Program-made: the position numbers and the translations under genes
The notes under the pieces: generated by a model
Told to the model about the DNA's origin: nothing
Database searches by the model: none
The model's input: only the letters and a program-made list of their open reading frames with translations
Shown here: positions 37,807 to 47,059 of the stretch, in pieces
Numbering within the stretch: position 1 is the stretch's first letter
How the letters are laid out: each line of letters begins with the position of its first letter
Origin: Opitutia bacterium UBA1276
GTDB lineage: Bacteria > Verrucomicrobiota > Verrucomicrobiia > Opitutales > Seribacteraceae
Assembly (NCBI GenBank): GCA_002308735.1
Contig: DBVA01000067.1
Coordinates: forward strand, 1 to 50,660
Direction: 5' to 3'
DNA length: 50,660 nucleotides

Positions 37807-40800
37807 CTATTGGCAAGCTTCGCACTCTTCCCCATCGCGCATAGCCTGTATGCTACATGCCTTTTGTTCCGCTTCGGTAAATTCTTTCTTAGCGGAAGGA
37901 TCACTGGCTACATTGGATTCAGGATTCCCCGGCTTTAAGGTAACCGTAGCCTTTTCAATATTGGAAGCACCTAGGGTTCTTAAATAATAGGTGGTCTTCA
38001 AACCCTGCCTCCATGCCGCTCGATACATATGAGACATAACTTTGATATCTGGCTTGCCAAGGAATAAATTAACGGATTGAGACTGATCGATCCACTTCTG
38101 CCGCCGGGCAGCTGCCTTGATTACATACTCAAAGGAGACATCAAAGGCGGTTAAGTATTTCTGCTTGATCCAATCCGGAATGGTAGAAATTGCAGAAAGT
38201 TCACCGTCAAAATATTTCAACTGATCAGACATTTCTCGATTCCAAAGATTCTCTTTCTTCAGGTCGTCCACAAGGTAACGATTTAAAACCATGAAATCTC
38301 CAGATAAGTTGCTCTTTACGAACAAATTCTTGTAAGTGGGTTCAATGCATGGGGAAGAACCCATGATATTTGAAATCGTTGCGGTGGGAGCAATGGCAAT
38401 GACATTGCTGTTACGCATTCCATGCTTGGCAATCTTTTCCCGTACGGGTGCCCAATCCATTTTTCCTTCTTTGGGCACATCAATGGCTTCACCCCGTTCT
38501 TCTTCCAAGTGAGCAATCGAATCTTGGGGAAGAATACCTCGATCCCATTTTGAGCCTTGGTAAGTTGAGTAAGTGCCCCGCTCACTAGCAAGATCACTCG
38601 AAGCTTCGTAGGCGTAGTAGCAAATGGCTTCCATGAATTCGTCATTGAAAGCAACCGCTTCGTCTGAAGTGAAGGAGATATTTTTGGTAAAAAGGGAGTT
38701 TTGCAGACCCATTACGCCAAGTCCGATGGGGCGGTGACGCCTGTTTGATGTTTGGGCTGCGTCCGTTGGGTAAAAGTTTACATCAATTACATTGTCTAGG
38801 GCACGAACTGCGATTTGAATAGTCTCTCGTAATTTATCGTGATCGAGGGATCCATCTTTTTTAAGATGCGAGTCCAATACGACCGAGCCAAGGTTACAAA
38901 CTGCAGTCTCATCAGCTCCAGTATTGAGAGTAATTTCGGTACAGAGGTTGGAGCTATGTATGACTCCAATGTGATCCTGCGGACTACGGACATTACAGGT
39001 ATCCTTGAAAGTAATCCATGGATGTCCCGTTTCGAAAAGCATTTTAAGCATTTGTTTCCACAGATCAATTGCGGGGATATTATGCGACCAAATTTCACCA
39101 TTTTCCGCTTTGGTTTCATATTCTGTGTATTTCTCTTCAAAGGCTTTACCGTATAAATCATGAAGGTCTGAAACTTCATTACTACGGAATAAAGTCCAAT
39201 TTCCCCGAGATTCCATCCGCTTCATAAACAAGTCCGGGATCCAATTCGCAGTATTCATATCATGCGTACGACGACGGTCATCTCCAGTATTCTTGCGGAG
39301 TTCTAAAAACTCTAGGATATCACAGTGCCAAGATTCCAAATATGCACAGCCGGATCCTTTTCTCTTGCCCCCTTGGTTAACGGCACATAGCTGGTCATTG
39401 TGCATCTTAAGGAAAGGAATCACACCTTGGCTCTCCCCATTCGTCCCAGCAATATGACTACCCGTTCCTCGAACCGAGGTCCAACTTCCACCCAGCCCGC
39501 CTGCCCATTTTGAAAGAAAGGCGTTCTCGGCAATCCCGCGGTACATGATGGATTCGATGGTGTCGTCCACCTTATAAAGATAACAGGATGAAAGCTGGGA
39601 ATGAGGGGTTCCTGAATTAAAAAGTGTTGGGGTGGAGGAACAAAAACGACGGCTCTTGTATAAATTGTACAGGGAGATGATTTGATCTTCCGGTGAATCT
39701 TCATGAGCGAAAACCCCCATGGCTACCCGCATCCAAAATAATTGGGGGGTTTCAAGGCGGAGTGGATTATCTCCGGTTTTATCCACCACAAGATAACGAT
39801 CATAAAGAGTTTGAATTCCAAGGTAATCAAAATCCAAATCCGCAGAAGGATCCAGTGCGTCTGCAAGTTTGTTGATATCGAGCTTGAGAAGCTTGGCATC
39901 CAAGCGCTTGATTTCAACGCCTCGCTTGAGGTATTTCTTTAGTCCCTCCGAGTGAAAATTTTTCAACTCGTCAATACTGTTAGTTGCAATATTCCAGCCC
40001 AGAACCTCTTCATAAACATAAGATAAAAGAATCCGAGCCGAAAATTTAGCAAAATCACCATCCCGCTCAATTAAGGTTTTCGAATTTAGTATAATGGTCT
40101 TTTGCAGATCCTCTTCACTAATTTCAGAGAATACTGATCTTCTCAGACTCTCCTCAATTTGTTCGACAGAGAGACAAAGATCGAGACCGATCGACGCAAA
40201 TGAAATTCGTTTTTTGAGATCTATTCCATCCCAGAAAAAAGTGGTTCCATCTTTTTTCTTAACTACAATCATGGAGTCTTGCTTGACTTCATCATTGCTG
40301 ATTCCGGTTTCACGTTCGATTCGGCGACGAGCCCGGTAAAGAATGTAGGATTCAGCAACCTTGAAGAACTTCTCCCGCATTAACTCTTCCTGAACAATAT
40401 CCTGAATATCTTCGATATTGATGAATGCCTGACCAGTCCCGATTGCATTCTTAGTGACCTTTGCGGCAATTTCGACCGCTGGTTCGGAATCCAATCGTAA
40501 GGAAAGAAATGCCTTTCGCACTGCAACTTCGATCTTCGAAGAATTCCAGGGTACAACCTGACCGCTTCTTCGGATTAGACGAATTTGAGAGGAATCCACC
40601 CCATTTCCAACAACCGCATCCCCGCCAAGACCACTTCCATCACTGGAGCGTGAAAAAACCAAACTTTTAGCCACATCATAAGCATCATTTTCAACCAGTG
40701 CTTTTTCAATCAAACGATGTAGTTCGTCAAAGGAGAGGCGGGGGGCACCGCCTTCCTCCTCTTCAGCCATACGCTCAATTAAGCGGTCGGCAACGATCCG

Positions 40801-41073
40801 GGCAGACTCCACCACGAGTTCCCGGTTCTTTGGGGTGTATATGTCGTTTTCTTCCCTCGAAATCATCAGGTCGGTCAAAGCCTCCCCGATCACTTCTGCC
40901 ACCTCAGCGATGTGGAAATCACGGTCACCCGCGCCATCTGTAATCCGTACTTTCGGTATCTCAAAGCGATTATCTTCCAAGGCATCCGCCCAATCAAAGC
41001 GTGGCTTATTTTCGCGCGGTGTTTCCGCAACCTTGGTTAATAATACATCTTCTTCGAATATCGTGTTACGCAT
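37807..41073 (-). CDS. nrdA: Class I ribonucleotide reductase alpha subunit with three ATP-cone domains
   Basis: STPTLFNSG, LSSCYL, SSNLCTEI, VCNLGS, IAPTATIS, KTTYYLR and C-terminal CEAC. Start probably ATG 41073 (GGAG upstream). Confidence 0.96.
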   Translation of the reverse strand: MRNTIFEEDVLLTKVAETPRENKPRFDWADALEDNRFEIPKVRITDGAGDRDFHIAEVAEVIGEALTDLMISREENDIYTPKNRELVVESARIVADRLIERMAEEEEGGAPRLSFDELHRLIEKALVENDAYDVAKSLVFSRSSDGSGLGGDAVVGNGVDSSQIRLIRRSGQVVPWNSSKIEVAVRKAFLSLRLDSEPAVEIAAKVTKNAIGTGQAFINIEDIQDIVQEELMREKFFKVAESYILYRARRRIERETGISNDEVKQDSMIVVKKKDGTTFFWDGIDLKKRISFASIGLDLCLSVEQIEESLRRSVFSEISEEDLQKTIILNSKTLIERDGDFAKFSARILLSYVYEEVLGWNIATNSIDELKNFHSEGLKKYLKRGVEIKRLDAKLLKLDINKLADALDPSADLDFDYLGIQTLYDRYLVVDKTGDNPLRLETPQLFWMRVAMGVFAHEDSPEDQIISLYNLYKSRRFCSSTPTLFNSGTPHSQLSSCYLYKVDDTIESIMYRGIAENAFLSKWAGGLGGSWTSVRGTGSHIAGTNGESQGVIPFLKMHNDQLCAVNQGGKRKGSGCAYLESWHCDILEFLELRKNTGDDRRRTHDMNTANWIPDLFMKRMESRGNWTLFRSNEVSDLHDLYGKAFEEKYTEYETKAENGEIWSHNIPAIDLWKQMLKMLFETGHPWITFKDTCNVRSPQDHIGVIHSSNLCTEITLNTGADETAVCNLGSVVLDSHLKKDGSLDHDKLRETIQIAVRALDNVIDVNFYPTDAAQTSNRRHRPIGLGVMGLQNSLFTKNISFTSDEAVAFNDEFMEAICYYAYEASSDLASERGTYSTYQGSKWDRGILPQDSIAHLEEERGEAIDVPKEGKMDWAPVREKIAKHGMRNSNVIAIAPTATISNIMGSSPCIEPTYKNLFVKSNLSGDFMVLNRYLVDDLKKENLWNREMSDQLKYFDGELSAISTIPDWIKQKYLTAFDVSFEYVIKAAARRQKWIDQSQSVNLFLGKPDIKVMSHMYRAAWRQGLKTTYYLRTLGASNIEKATVTLKPGNPESNVASDPSAKKEFTEAEQKACSIQAMRDGEECEACQ

Positions 41074-41139
41074 TAGTTCATCTCCCACCAAAATCTATTT
41101 ATTTTTCTTCTTAAAATTCAAACTCTTCAAATGACGGCA

Positions 41140-42225
41140 TTAAAGCTCGTCATCTGAAACCTCTGCTAAAGCCGATGACTTTTGGTATTCAGTCACACGT
41201 CCTTCGAAGAAATTCTGTTCTTTCTTAACATCCATCATTTCTGCCAACCAAGGAAATGGATTTTCTTGACCAGGATGTAAAATTTCTAAACCGACTCCAA
41301 CTAAGCGGCGGTCCGCAATGTAATCGATGTAGGAACAAAATTCATTCGCACTGAGTCCGACCGAGTTCACGGGGAGGCAGTCACAAATAAACTCCTTCTC
41401 CAATTCTACCGCCTCTTTCATAAGATCTACTAACTCGGACTTAAAGCTTTCGGTCCAAATGTCAGGATTTTCATCGATCAAAACCCGGAAAAGATTACGG
41501 AAAAGTTCAATATGGTTAGACTCGTCCCGGAGAGTGTAGCGAAACATTTGTCCAATTCCAGGAAACTTGTTTTGCCTGGCCAGGCTTAGAATCATGCCAA
41601 AAAGACCATAAAACTGGGTGCCTTCCATACACTGTCCGAAAACAAAAATATTCTTGGCAAGTTCTTGTTTGTTTTCGGTAATTTTCAAATCCAAGTCGCG
41701 GCGAAGTCCTTTAGAAACTTTGGTCACGAATTCATTTTTTTTGCGAATTGTATCAACCTGTTCAAACATTGCCTCGCACTCATGAGGATTTATTCCAAGA
41801 GAACTGATCATGTATAATAAACTGTCAGCATGAATATTTTCTTCGTGTGCATGACGACCCAATACCAGTTTAAGTTCAGGTGCGGTAACTAATTCACGAA
41901 CAACATGTTGAATATTATCCCCGACAATTCCCTCCGCTGCTGAAAAATAGCCAATTCCCATCATAATTATCCAACGCTCGGCATCGCTTAGGTCTGTGGC
42001 ACTCTTCCACTGCTCCAAATCTTTTTGCATAGGAACATCCTCCGGTTCCCAATGGTTCGATTTCATTTTCCGGTAAAGGTCATAAGCCCACTGATATTTT
42101 AGAGGCAAAAGATTAAAAGTCATGGTATCTCTACCGTTAATTACCATTTTCTCTTGGTAGGCCTGTACTGCCTTATCTTCGTCGAGGACGAATTTTTTTC
42201 CACCTATGTCGTATGTTTTGTTCAT
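41140..42225 (-). CDS. nrdB: Ribonucleotide reductase beta subunit, class Ic (Mn/Fe, tyrosine-less) type
   Basis: FSAAEGIV, EENIHADSL (Leu at the radical-Tyr position), MEGTQFY, RDESNH and NFFEGRVTEY. Confidence 0.93.
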   Translation of the reverse strand: MNKTYDIGGKKFVLDEDKAVQAYQEKMVINGRDTMTFNLLPLKYQWAYDLYRKMKSNHWEPEDVPMQKDLEQWKSATDLSDAERWIIMMGIGYFSAAEGIVGDNIQHVVRELVTAPELKLVLGRHAHEENIHADSLLYMISSLGINPHECEAMFEQVDTIRKKNEFVTKVSKGLRRDLDLKITENKQELAKNIFVFGQCMEGTQFYGLFGMILSLARQNKFPGIGQMFRYTLRDESNHIELFRNLFRVLIDENPDIWTESFKSELVDLMKEAVELEKEFICDCLPVNSVGLSANEFCSYIDYIADRRLVGVGLEILHPGQENPFPWLAEMMDVKKEQNFFEGRVTEYQKSSALAEVSDDEL

Positions 42226-42408
42226 TTGTTTTACTCCCTTATCGTGCCAAAATCCTTCGAATCATGAAGAAATTAAGGCGGATTGCCATGTTTTGAATTT
42301 TAGTAAATTTTTTGTATCGCTACTCATCTAATTTATGAACTGATAGTGCTGATGCTGAGTGAAAAGAAAAGAAAAAAATGAAAAATAGTGAAATTAATTA
42401 TTTATTAA

Positions 42409-42456
42409 ACGCAATATATGGGGTTATCATGAGAACAAGACCCCTACATATAGGCT
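42409..42456. promoter_or_regulatory. Tandem NrdR boxes upstream of nrdBA
   Basis: ACGCAATATATGGGGT (42409-42424) and CCCCTACATATAGGCT (42441-42456) match the acaCwAtATaTwGtgt consensus and start 32 bp apart. Confidence 0.85.
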
Positions 42457-42790
42457 TGTTAATAACTTTTGGTTAAAAGACAACTTAAGCACTTTGCAAA
42501 TACATTTAAATTGTAAAAGACTTAAACAAAACGAATCATCAAGAATTTTCCAAGCTCAAGTTATTGAAAGATATCCTCAAATTCTTCAACACTTATTAAC
42601 AAGCTATAAATTATCCCTTAAATGAAGATTGAAATACAGAATGAAGGCAATTTTTATTAATATATACAACTATATAATTGTACTATATGCTCTCTTTTAT
42701 CCTATCCTTACACGCTTTAAAAAGGGGCTTTAAGTCGCTAAAAACCAGTCTTCTTTAAGGATAAAAAGAGGATAAATCATTACCATTTTA

Positions 42791-44044
42791 TTACACATAA
42801 TCCTGTAAGGATGAAGAAGTAGGCAGAAAATGGTTTTCATGAACCGAAAGAACCTGCCCTACCAAATAAATTGAACCAGTTACCAACAAATCTTCCTCTT
42901 TATTTTTTTCGGCTTCTTGCAATTCTAAATCAATATCTTTCCAATTTCCTCTTCTTACTTTTGAATGAAATGGCTCTGGGGTTAAAGCTAGCATCTGTTC
43001 AAAATCACAGGCTCTTGGAAGCTCCGCAGTAAAATAAACCAATTCTTTTGCCAAAGGGGCAAGAAGTTTAATCAAATCAAAGGCTCGATCTCTTCCCATT
43101 GCCGCAAGCCAAACCTTGAAAGGCGGTTGGAAGGTCCCAAGGTTTTCTTTTAAACAATCAACCCCACCTTGGTTGTGGCAGGCATCTAAGATAATCTTTG
43201 GGCTTTCTCTAAGTTTCTGCCATCTCCCGGGAAGCACCACCCTTTTCAACCCTTTTTTATTATCTTCATTGGACACAGCAAATTTAGTTTTGAGCAACTC
43301 CACAGCCGTGCTTGCCAGGGCAGCGTTCCTCCGTTGATAATTTCCGACCAAATTGGTTTCTGGACATTGCTCGATGGATAAATTTAGGTCTTTAAGATTC
43401 GCGTTTTTCACTTTGGATATCTTTTTAATTTCTTGGTTTGCTTCCAGAGGTAACCAACCGGTAACTACGGGAACTTCATTTTTTATAATTCCTCCCTTTT
43501 CTCTAGCAATATCTGAAATTCGATGGCCTAAGATTTCACAATGATCCAGAGAAATACTGGTTATAATAGATAATTCAGGGGTGACGACATTGGTCGAATC
43601 TAACCGCCCACCTAATCCCGTTTCCAGTATCGCTAAATCAACTTTACTTTCTTGAAATCGTAAAAAGGCGACGGCGGTCATAATCTCAAAAAAAGTAGGA
43701 TGCATTCCCTTTTTTTCGCCCTCCATGTCCTCCGCTATTGGCTGGATTCTAAGAACCATATTCTCTATTTCCTGCATCGGCATATTTTCCCCATTCACCT
43801 GAATCCGTTCACCGAGCTCAATTAGGTGAGGAGAAGAAAAAAGACCGACTTTATAACCATTGCTCTGGTACATTGAATGAAGCATAGCACACACGGATCC
43901 CTTTCCATTGGTCCCGGCAACGTGGATAACAGGATAAGAATTCTGTGGGTTATTGAGTCGATCCACTAGAATCCGCATTCGCTCAAGCCCGAAAGAAGAA
44001 CCTTGGTTTCGAAGTTTGTAAAGGTAATCCAAAAATGTTTTCAT
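42791..44044 (-). CDS. folC: Folylpolyglutamate synthase/dihydrofolate synthase
   Basis: HVAGTNGKGS, FSSPHL, ETGLGGRLDSTN, PGRWQ and LDACHN. Confidence 0.95.
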   Translation of the reverse strand: MKTFLDYLYKLRNQGSSFGLERMRILVDRLNNPQNSYPVIHVAGTNGKGSVCAMLHSMYQSNGYKVGLFSSPHLIELGERIQVNGENMPMQEIENMVLRIQPIAEDMEGEKKGMHPTFFEIMTAVAFLRFQESKVDLAILETGLGGRLDSTNVVTPELSIITSISLDHCEILGHRISDIAREKGGIIKNEVPVVTGWLPLEANQEIKKISKVKNANLKDLNLSIEQCPETNLVGNYQRRNAALASTAVELLKTKFAVSNEDNKKGLKRVVLPGRWQKLRESPKIILDACHNQGGVDCLKENLGTFQPPFKVWLAAMGRDRAFDLIKLLAPLAKELVYFTAELPRACDFEQMLALTPEPFHSKVRRGNWKDIDLELQEAEKNKEEDLLVTGSIYLVGQVLSVHENHFLPTSSSLQDYV

Positions 44045-44097
44045 TTTAAGAGATACCCCGAACCATAGGGTGCACGAAGAAGATTTTAGAATAAAGA

Positions 44098-45060
44098 CTA
44101 CTTTTTCGTAGACTTTCTTGTTGTGGTCGCTGGCTTTTTTGCAGCGATTTTGGAAACAGGTAATTTCTTGGGTGCTGCAGGTTTGGTTCGCGTTTTCCTG
44201 GGAGACTTACTTGGCAGGGCATGCCCCAAATGTCCAATCAAGGTAATCAATTTATCCCTCATTTGATGCCGATGTACAATTTGATCAATTAAGCCGCGAT
44301 CTAATAAAAACTCTGCTGTCTGAAAGCCTTCCGGCAGATCCGCTCGGGTCGTTTCCTTGATTACACGACGTCCTGCAAAACCAATCAAAGCCTTCGGTTC
44401 CGCTATAATAACATCTCCTAATGAAGCATAACTTGCCATAACACCTGCCATGGTTGGATTTGTCAGAATTGAAAAATAAGGAATCCTGGCTTTTGACAAG
44501 CGAGCCAAGGCAGCACTGGTCTTGGCCATTTGCATCAAACTTAAAATCCCTTCATACATTCTCGCTCCACCCGAGGCGGATACAACCACAACGGGAATTT
44601 TCTTTTCCAATCCACGCTCAATGGCACGGGTAATTTTTTCGCCGACCACAGAGCCCATACTTCCCCCAAGAAAACGAAAATCCATTACCGCTAAACTAAC
44701 GGGTAAACCTCCCATTTTTGCGATTCCAGAAATCACTGCATCTTCGAGTTTTGTTTTCTTTTTATTCTGTTCAAGTTTGTCTTTATAGGAGGCAAGTCCT
44801 TTAAAATCCAAAGGATCTGTAGAGGTCAAATTTGCATCGTGTTCAACGAAACTTCCTGCGTCTACCAGAGACTCAATTCGGTCAGGTGCCGCTAAGGGAA
44901 AATGATAATCACTGGAGGGAACCACCATGAGGTTTTTCTTTAACTCCTTTGCAAAAACCATTTCACCAGATTCTGGGCATTTTGTCCAAACTCCCTTAGG
45001 AACCCCTTCCTTGGCTTTTACGCTTACGGTTGAATATTTTGGTTTTCCGAAAAATGCCAT
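44098..45060 (-). CDS. accD: Acetyl-CoA carboxylase carboxyltransferase beta subunit with a Lys-rich C-terminal extension
   Basis: [31 protein letters not shown] and IGFAGRRVI. Confidence 0.96.
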   Translation of the reverse strand: MAFFGKPKYSTVSVKAKEGVPKGVWTKCPESGEMVFAKELKKNLMVVPSSDYHFPLAAPDRIESLVDAGSFVEHDANLTSTDPLDFKGLASYKDKLEQNKKKTKLEDAVISGIAKMGGLPVSLAVMDFRFLGGSMGSVVGEKITRAIERGLEKKIPVVVVSASGGARMYEGILSLMQMAKTSAALARLSKARIPYFSILTNPTMAGVMASYASLGDVIIAEPKALIGFAGRRVIKETTRADLPEGFQTAEFLLDRGLIDQIVHRHQMRDKLITLIGHLGHALPSKSPRKTRTKPAAPKKLPVSKIAAKKPATTTRKSTKK

Positions 45061-45078
45061 AAATCAAAAAATTAAGTT

Positions 45079-45810
45079 TTATCCGTGACCCAAGGTGGCG
45101 ACTTCAACATTGGAGATTCCTGCTTCATTCCAAGCCATTGTGCAGGCATCAAGGGTAGCTCCAGTGGTAAAAACATCATCAATAAGTACGATCTTGTAAA
45201 TTGAATCCAAACAAACTCCAGGCTTAAGTGCAAAAGCATTTTTTACATTCTTTTTACGTTCCTTTTTTTCCAGCCTTGTCTGTGTCGGGGTATTTCGAGT
45301 CCGTTTCATAAAATCGCCGACTTCTACCTCTGAACCTAAGTCCTTCTTGATTGCATGAGCAATCCAGAGACTTTGATTAAATCCTCGCTTGGATTCCCTC
45401 CTGCGATGCAAGGGAACCGGAACCAAATGAGCCCCCTTTAAAAAATCGCGGTACCCAGCACAGCGATCGAGCCAATGGGGCATATCATTAAGGACTTCAC
45501 GGGCACCCTGGTATTTGATTGCATGAATCACTCCCTTTCCCACTTCATCTAAAATGAACATACATTTTCCCCGATTGAAAGAATAGCTTTGCTTTCTACA
45601 ATTGGAGCATACCAATCCCTCATATTCAACGGAATGCATCGAGATCCCACAGTACTTACATGTGCTTCCACCCACCCATGCAACTTGATCGAGGCACTTC
45701 AAGCAGGCATAATATCCTTCATCCACCTTGGGAGGAGAGGAGCAAACAGGACAACTCCCTGGGAAAACCACATCCATAATCTCATCCACTAGTACTCGGA
45801 GGAATTTCAT
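45079..45810 (-). CDS. comF: ComF family protein (double zinc ribbon + PRTase)
   Basis: CPVC/CLKC/CKYC/CSNC, VPVPLH..RGFNQS and LIDDVFTTGATL. Start at ATG 45810 overlaps the truA stop. Confidence 0.92.
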   Translation of the reverse strand: MKFLRVLVDEIMDVVFPGSCPVCSSPPKVDEGYYACLKCLDQVAWVGGSTCKYCGISMHSVEYEGLVCSNCRKQSYSFNRGKCMFILDEVGKGVIHAIKYQGAREVLNDMPHWLDRCAGYRDFLKGAHLVPVPLHRRRESKRGFNQSLWIAHAIKKDLGSEVEVGDFMKRTRNTPTQTRLEKKERKKNVKNAFALKPGVCLDSIYKIVLIDDVFTTGATLDACTMAWNEAGISNVEVATLGHG

Positions 45811-46604
45811 CCTTTTTTGTTTGGAAGATGGTAAAAAACTTTTTCCAGGCAAAGCCCTTTAGCCGGGGCACTGACCACCCTCTCCGTCCGAATTTTGGAT
45901 TTTAAAAAAATTTCAATCTCTTCCGTCTTAAGTTTACCCATGCCTACATCCAACAACGCACCCACCATGCTTCGAACCATCTTGTAAAGAAAACCATTGC
46001 CTTCCACCACAACCTGAACCTCTTCCTTTTCTTTTAAAACCTCAACCTTCCAAACTTTTCTAACTTTGGATTCCAGTTTTTCATCTTCCCCACGACTTAC
46101 CGAAAAAGCAGAAAAATCATGTTCTCCGATAAAATACTTTGCAGCTTTATGCATCGCAGCAAGATTGACTTTTTTTTCTTTTAAAGAGTAAACAAATCGA
46201 TCGGCTTCGGGCATAGCCCAGCCCAAAAATAAACGGTACCGATATCTTTTACCCCGAGCCGATAGCAAAGCGTGAAAATCGTTCGCCTCTTCCTTAAGTT
46301 CAAGGGGAGATATCCCGGTGGGGAAATAGGTTCTCATCGCTTGCAAGAGAGATTGAAGCGGGTGCATCCAGGGTGCATCAAAATGAAAGACTTGTCCAAT
46401 CGCATGAACTCCTGCATCCGTACGTCCCGAACCAATGGTACGGACAGTGCCGCCAAAAATCTTTTCCAGTGCTTCTTCTATTTTATCCTGTACTGCATGG
46501 CCATTGGGTTGCTTTTGCCAACCTGCGAATTCAGTGCCATCGTAGGCACATAGGCAACTCCACCGTTTTGGTTCACCATCTGGTACGCCTCGAGTCATCA
46601 GCAT
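45807..46604 (-). CDS. truA: tRNA pseudouridine(38-40) synthase
   Basis: YDGTEFAGWQKQ, SGRTDAGVHA, GEHDFSAF and FLYKMVRSMVG. Confidence 0.96.
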   Translation of the reverse strand: MLMTRGVPDGEPKRWSCLCAYDGTEFAGWQKQPNGHAVQDKIEEALEKIFGGTVRTIGSGRTDAGVHAIGQVFHFDAPWMHPLQSLLQAMRTYFPTGISPLELKEEANDFHALLSARGKRYRYRLFLGWAMPEADRFVYSLKEKKVNLAAMHKAAKYFIGEHDFSAFSVSRGEDEKLESKVRKVWKVEVLKEKEEVQVVVEGNGFLYKMVRSMVGALLDVGMGKLKTEEIEIFLKSKIRTERVVSAPAKGLCLEKVFYHLPNKKG

Positions 46605-47041
46605 TAGGAAAAGGAAAGCTCATTATCTCTGGTATCCCTACTTAGAAAATCTTTCAGTATCAAACAAGCAGCGGTCGCATCCACTTTACCGCTTTTTAAT
46701 GTTTTTTTGGATTTAGCATTTTTCCCCAATGCTTCCTCAGCTGCATGACTTGTGAGGCGTTCATCCACTCGATGAATTGGCAATGCAAAGCTTGCCTTCA
46801 AAATTTTCACAAACTGATCTACTTCCTCTGTTCTTTTCCCTTTCCTTCCATCCATGTGCAAGGGATATCCGATGACAATCTGGTCAATCTTGCGCTCTTT
46901 GATTTCTTTACTCAATTCATTCAGGCACGCGTCAGAGTCAGTACCCCGAATTGCTTTTAAAGGTAAGGCAATCCCAAGGTCATCAGCCCAGGCAAGGCCC
47001 ATCCGCTTGGTTCCATAATCAATCCCAAGAAAAGAAGGCAT
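46604..47041 (-). CDS. ruvX: Holliday junction resolvase-like / pre-16S rRNA nuclease YqgF
   Basis: LGIDYGTKRMGLA, VIGYPLHMDG, VDERLTS and VDATAACLIL. Confidence 0.93.
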   Translation of the reverse strand: MPSFLGIDYGTKRMGLAWADDLGIALPLKAIRGTDSDACLNELSKEIKERKIDQIVIGYPLHMDGRKGKRTEEVDQFVKILKASFALPIHRVDERLTSHAAEEALGKNAKSKKTLKSGKVDATAACLILKDFLSRDTRDNELSFS

Positions 47042-47059
47042 TGGATTAAGCTACCTAAA

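Noticed and set aside
30528-45810. cinA and comF as evidence for a competence locus
   Set aside because: Both are widespread housekeeping-type genes, they lie far apart, and no uptake machinery is present.
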